Assembly (NCBI GenBank): GCA_002919195.1
Contig: PKEU01000206.1
Span: 1 to 58,674 of the forward strand
Source of the DNA: a bacterium
GTDB lineage: Bacteria > Bacillota > Limnochordia > DTU080 > RSA5
Direction: 5' to 3'
DNA: 58,674 bases
Below, one piece after another: positions 55,012 through 58,674 of this stretch. A program made the translations under genes and the position numbers. Numbering within the stretch: the stretch's first letter is position 1; each line of letters begins with the position of its first letter. The notes beneath the pieces are model-generated. The model saw only the letters and a program-made list of their open reading frames with translations. It had not been told where the DNA came from and searched no databases.

Positions 55012-55614
55012 TTAGCGTACCAGCGCCGCGATGCTTTTCATCATCCGCTGGTTGATCGCGTCGACCGCTTCCCTGAGATCTAGCCCCGCGTACTCCGAAA
55101 GATCGATCGGCTCGCCGAACCGGACGATGATCCGGTTGAGGCGAGGGATCCCTTTTTCAATCCGGAACGGCCGAAAGGTGCCGATCAACCCCGCAGGGAC
55201 CACGGGCACGCCCGCTTTGAGGGCGATCAGGCCTGCTCCTCGTTGGAGGGGGAGCAGCTCTCCCGTGCGGGTGCGCGTCCCTTCGGGGAAGATCACCACG
55301 GCGTTCCCTTGCTTCAGGTACTCGATGGCTGAACGGATCGCGCTGCGATCCGCGGCGCCCCGGTGCACGGGAAACGCGCCCACCCGGGGCAACAGCCACG
55401 ACAAGACGGGCATCGAGAAAAGCTCGGCTTTGGCCATGAAATAAACCTGCCTCGGGGAGGCGCAGCCCAAAAGGGGTGGGTCGAGAGCGCTGGCGTGGTT
55501 TGCGGCAATCAATACGCCGCCTTCGCGTGGGATGTGCTCTCTCCCCTCGATTTGATACCGGAAAAATAAACGGAAAAAGACATGCAGCAGCCAGCGCCCT
55601 ATGACGTAGAACAC
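55012..55614 (-). CDS. plsC: 1-acyl-sn-glycerol-3-phosphate acyltransferase
   Basis: NHASALD, FMAKAELF, IFPEGTR; GTG after AAAGGAGG. Confidence 0.94.
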   Translation of the reverse strand: MFYVIGRWLLHVFFRLFFRYQIEGREHIPREGGVLIAANHASALDPPLLGCASPRQVYFMAKAELFSMPVLSWLLPRVGAFPVHRGAADRSAIRSAIEYLKQGNAVVIFPEGTRTRTGELLPLQRGAGLIALKAGVPVVPAGLIGTFRPFRIEKGIPRLNRIIVRFGEPIDLSEYAGLDLREAVDAINQRMMKSIAALVR

Positions 55615-56294
55615 ACACGCCCTCCTTTCGCGGCGCATAGGGCGAGGATCTCATCGACCACTTCGGTGATGCTCCGGCCCGTGGTATCGATTTCCACGGC
55701 GTCCTCGGCTTTCCTCAAGGGGGAAATCGAACGGGAGGAATCAATCTCATCGCGTCGTTTGACGGATTGGTATACCTCTTGGTAGGTGATCGTTTCGCCC
55801 CGGGCCAAAAGCTCCCGGTGCCGCCGGCGAGCTCTTTCCTCGGCGGTCGCCGTCAAAAACACCTTGAGATCCGCATGGGGCAGGACCACCGTGCCGATAT
55901 CCCGCCCGTCCATGACGACGCCGCCCCCGGTCGCGAGCTTCCTTTGGAGCCTCAGCATCTCTTCCCGGACTGCGGGATGGCGCGCGACGTGAGCCGCCAG
56001 CTCTCCCACCCGGGGCTGGCGAATCTTTTCCGTCACGTCCTCTCCCTCGAGCGAGACGACGACATGGCCCTCCTTTGGGACAAGGCGAAGGTCGATCCCC
56101 CGGACGACGCGGCTGACGGCCTTTTCGTCCAAGGGATCGATGCGGTTTTCGAGGCAGTGCCAGGCGACCGCCCGGTACATCGCGCCGGTATCGACGTGGA
56201 GATATCCGAGGGCCTTCGCCACCTCTTTGGCCACCGTGCTTTTTCCTGCCCCGGCTGGCCCATCGATTGCGATCGTGAGCTTACGACTATGCAT
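55599..56294 (-). CDS. cmk: Cytidylate kinase
   Basis: IAIDGPAGAGKST, DTGAMYR, DGRDIGTVV. Confidence 0.97.
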   Translation of the reverse strand: MHSRKLTIAIDGPAGAGKSTVAKEVAKALGYLHVDTGAMYRAVAWHCLENRIDPLDEKAVSRVVRGIDLRLVPKEGHVVVSLEGEDVTEKIRQPRVGELAAHVARHPAVREEMLRLQRKLATGGGVVMDGRDIGTVVLPHADLKVFLTATAEERARRRHRELLARGETITYQEVYQSVKRRDEIDSSRSISPLRKAEDAVEIDTTGRSITEVVDEILALCAAKGGRVCSTS

Positions 56295-56306
56295 CCATGT
56301 GGCGCC

Positions 56307-57416
56307 CTAAAACGACCTGGGACGGGCCCGGTACCCTTGTTGTGTCAGCAGCTGCACGGCACGTTCCATGTCCGTGCGCCTTTCAAATCCCAGGCGGAGA
56401 GTGCCACCCTCACCCTCTCTGACTCGTAAGATTTCAATATCAATGATGTTGATGCCTTCTCGAGCCAAGACGCCCGTCGCCTCATGAATCGCGCCGGGCC
56501 GATCGACGACATGCACGACGATTTCATGGACGGACGACAAAATTCCTTTTGACCGGGAAGGCAACTTCTCCCGCACCTTTCGAGAGTAGGCCAGCGCTTC
56601 TTTCAGCTGTTGGTCCCTTCGATCGGCGAGCGCCTGCTTTAGGTTACGCAAGACCCGCTCGAAATGCTCGAGCCCGGCTAGGATTTGCGCCGCGTTGGTC
56701 ATGCAGATGTCCGTCCAGACCTCTTCAGGTCCCGATGCGACACGGGTCGTGTCGCGAAACCCGCCCGCGGCGAGGTCCAAGAGCCCCGGGATCTCCTCGG
56801 CCCGCTCGGCCGCGAAGCGGACGAGCGCCGTGGCCACGAGGTGCGGGATGTGGCTCACCGTCGCAACGATGGCGTCGTGGATGTCGGCTTTCATGATGAG
56901 ATCCCGGGCCCCGGTGGCCCGGACGAGGCTTTGCAGCGTGCCGATCGCCTCGGCCGGGGCGTCGTCGGGGGGTACCAGGATATACGGCGCGTTTTGAAAC
57001 AAGTAGGGATCGGCGGCCAGCACACCCGCCCTCTCGGATCCCGCCATGGGATGGCCGCCGATAAAGAGGGTGCCCTGCGCCTCTTGCCAAATGGTCCGGC
57101 ATATCGCTTCCTTGGTGCTCCCGACGTCGCTGACGATGGCGCCCGGTTTGAGGTGCGGCTTAAGCGCGCGAAAGAGGGGGACGATCGCCGCGACCGGAGG
57201 CGCGAGGATGACGACGTCCGCCTCCCGTACCCCTTCGGCGAGATCGAGCGTGCCCCAATCGACTGCGCCTGCCCGGACCGCCTCTTCGATGGTCTCGGGC
57301 CTGCGGGCGACTCCGATCACCTCGCTGACGGCCGCCGCCGCTTTCCATGCCATCCCCAGGGAACCCCCGATGAGCCCCACGCCGACGATGGCAACCTTAG
57401 GTCGCGCCTTGGGCAT
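56307..57416 (-). CDS. tyrA: Prephenate dehydrogenase with ACT domain
   Basis: GVGLIGGS, DVGSTK, GGHPMAGSE, SHIPH, GGFRDTTR. Confidence 0.95.
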   Translation of the reverse strand: MPKARPKVAIVGVGLIGGSLGMAWKAAAAVSEVIGVARRPETIEEAVRAGAVDWGTLDLAEGVREADVVILAPPVAAIVPLFRALKPHLKPGAIVSDVGSTKEAICRTIWQEAQGTLFIGGHPMAGSERAGVLAADPYLFQNAPYILVPPDDAPAEAIGTLQSLVRATGARDLIMKADIHDAIVATVSHIPHLVATALVRFAAERAEEIPGLLDLAAGGFRDTTRVASGPEEVWTDICMTNAAQILAGLEHFERVLRNLKQALADRRDQQLKEALAYSRKVREKLPSRSKGILSSVHEIVVHVVDRPGAIHEATGVLAREGINIIDIEILRVREGEGGTLRLGFERRTDMERAVQLLTQQGYRARPRSF

Positions 57417-57422
57417 GGCCTC

Positions 57423-58442
57423 TTACCCCAACACGTAGCGCCCGACCGCCCGGGCTACCGTGTCCACGCTTTCCATCATGCGTTGAAACACTTCAGGGCG
57501 GAGCGACTGCGGTCCGTCCGAGAGGGCTTCTTCGGGGCGGGGGTGCACTTCGACGATCAGCCCGTCGGCGCCTGCGGCCACCGCCGCCTTGGCCATATCG
57601 GTGACATACTTCCACTTGCCGGTGCCGTGGCTGGGATCGACGACTACGGGCAGGTGGCTCAGTTCATGAACCGCAACCACGGCGCTGAGATCCAGCGTGT
57701 TGCGGGTCTCGGTCTCAAAGGTGCGGATCCCCCGTTCGCACAAAATGACGTTGGGGTTGCCAGCGGAAATGATGTATTCCGCGGCCATGAGCCACTCGTT
57801 AATGGTAGCGGAAAGGCCCCTCTTGAGCAGGACGGGCACCCGGGTCTTCCCGACTTCCGTCAGCAGCGAGAAGTTTTGCATGTTGCGGGCCCCGATCTGA
57901 AACATGTCGGCGTAACGCCCCACAGTTTCCACATCCCGCGGGTTGACCACTTCCGTGACGATGCCCAGTCCTGTCTCCTCGCGCGCCTCGGCCAGGATCT
58001 TGAGGCCCTCTTCAGCCAACCCTTGAAAGGAATAGGGCGACGTGCGGGGCTTGTAGGCGCCGCCTCTTAGGAGCGCCGCTCCTGCCTCCTTCACCCGCCT
58101 TGCGGTCTCAAGGAGCTGTTCGCGGCTTTCCACCGCACAGGGGCCGGCGATGACCGGCACGCGCGTGCCGCCAAAGACGACCCCGTTGACCTCGATCTGG
58201 CTTCGCTCGCTCTTGAACTCCTTGCCCGCGAGCTTGTAAGGCTGCAAGATGGGCACAATCTTTTCGACACCCGGCGTCGCCTCGAGCTGTTGAATCTTTT
58301 CGGCCGTCTTTTCGCCGATGGCGCCGATCACCGTGCGCTCGACGCCCCGCGAAAGGTGGACGTCGAAGCCAAACTCCCGCAGCCGCCGGATGACTTGATC
58401 GATGACCTCTTCGGATGCTCCCGGTTCCATGACGACGATCAT
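57423..58442 (-). CDS. aroF: DAHP synthase type I-beta
   Basis: [37 protein letters not shown]. Confidence 0.96.
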   Translation of the reverse strand: MIVVMEPGASEEVIDQVIRRLREFGFDVHLSRGVERTVIGAIGEKTAEKIQQLEATPGVEKIVPILQPYKLAGKEFKSERSQIEVNGVVFGGTRVPVIAGPCAVESREQLLETARRVKEAGAALLRGGAYKPRTSPYSFQGLAEEGLKILAEAREETGLGIVTEVVNPRDVETVGRYADMFQIGARNMQNFSLLTEVGKTRVPVLLKRGLSATINEWLMAAEYIISAGNPNVILCERGIRTFETETRNTLDLSAVVAVHELSHLPVVVDPSHGTGKWKYVTDMAKAAVAAGADGLIVEVHPRPEEALSDGPQSLRPEVFQRMMESVDTVARAVGRYVLG

Positions 58443-58674
58443 CCCTGTGCTTCTCCTTTCATCTCCGCCGACGCCCACACGTCGGCGAGGGCTTCTAACA
58501 ATCGCTGGTTTTGCTCCGGCGTGCCGATGGAGATGCGGAGGGCCGTCGGCGAGCCAAAGGAGCTTCCCTGGCGGACGATCACCCCGCGCTCAAGCAGCGC
58601 CCGGTAGACCGGATCGCTGGGCACACCGAGGTCGACCCAGAGAAAATTGGATTGCGACGGATAGGGCCGCAGCC
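58439..58674 (-). CDS. hisC: Histidinol-phosphate aminotransferase, 3' fragment
   Basis: [25 protein letters not shown]; synteny with aroF-tyrA. Confidence 0.88.
   Translation of the reverse strand, partial: LRPYPSQSNFLWVDLGVPSDPVYRALLERGVIVRQGSSFGSPTALRISIGTPEQNQRLLEALADVWASAEMKGEAQG

Noticed and set aside
1-58674. CRISPR array, IS, integrase, prophage or defence system
   Set aside because: No spaced direct repeats or matching protein motifs found by eye

Overview
High-GC chromosomal segment from an endospore-forming Bacillota. spoIVA, a spoIIP-like gene, YIEGIA/seaA and sigma-E/F/G-type promoters are present, and the sugar-binding proteins lack lipoboxes; a Limnochordia-like diderm is an inference. 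In order: 3' half of tRNA-Trp; glutamate dehydrogenase with an unexplained ~90-nt structured 3' element; a large TPR protein; a Gfo/Idh/MocA oxidoreductase; and an 8-gene, 13-kb glycan-uptake cassette (multi-DUF4340 protein, ~1000-aa binding protein with two CBM-like repeats, two permease pairs, NHL-TPR-Yip1 membrane protein, DUF5696-like protein, no ATPase). Next come YrzE, acylphosphatase, an FG-GAP-like protein, MFS, a divergent YchF paralogue, an HD hydrolase, and PFOR divergent from a SCO-PCuAC-cytochrome c-CtaG copper operon with a CsoR-like operator. Then mhqO/mhqD-like genes, a lower-GC pair of peptide-exporter-type ABC genes beside tRNA-Pro, and hom-thrC-thrB-lysC. The window ends with the conserved hisC-aroF-tyrA-cmk-plsC-rpsA-DUF1614-spoIIP-YIEGIA-der-plsY-gpsA-spoIVA-HU region. 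No CRISPR array, integrase, transposase or prophage was seen. Family assignments come from motif recognition by eye, not database searches.
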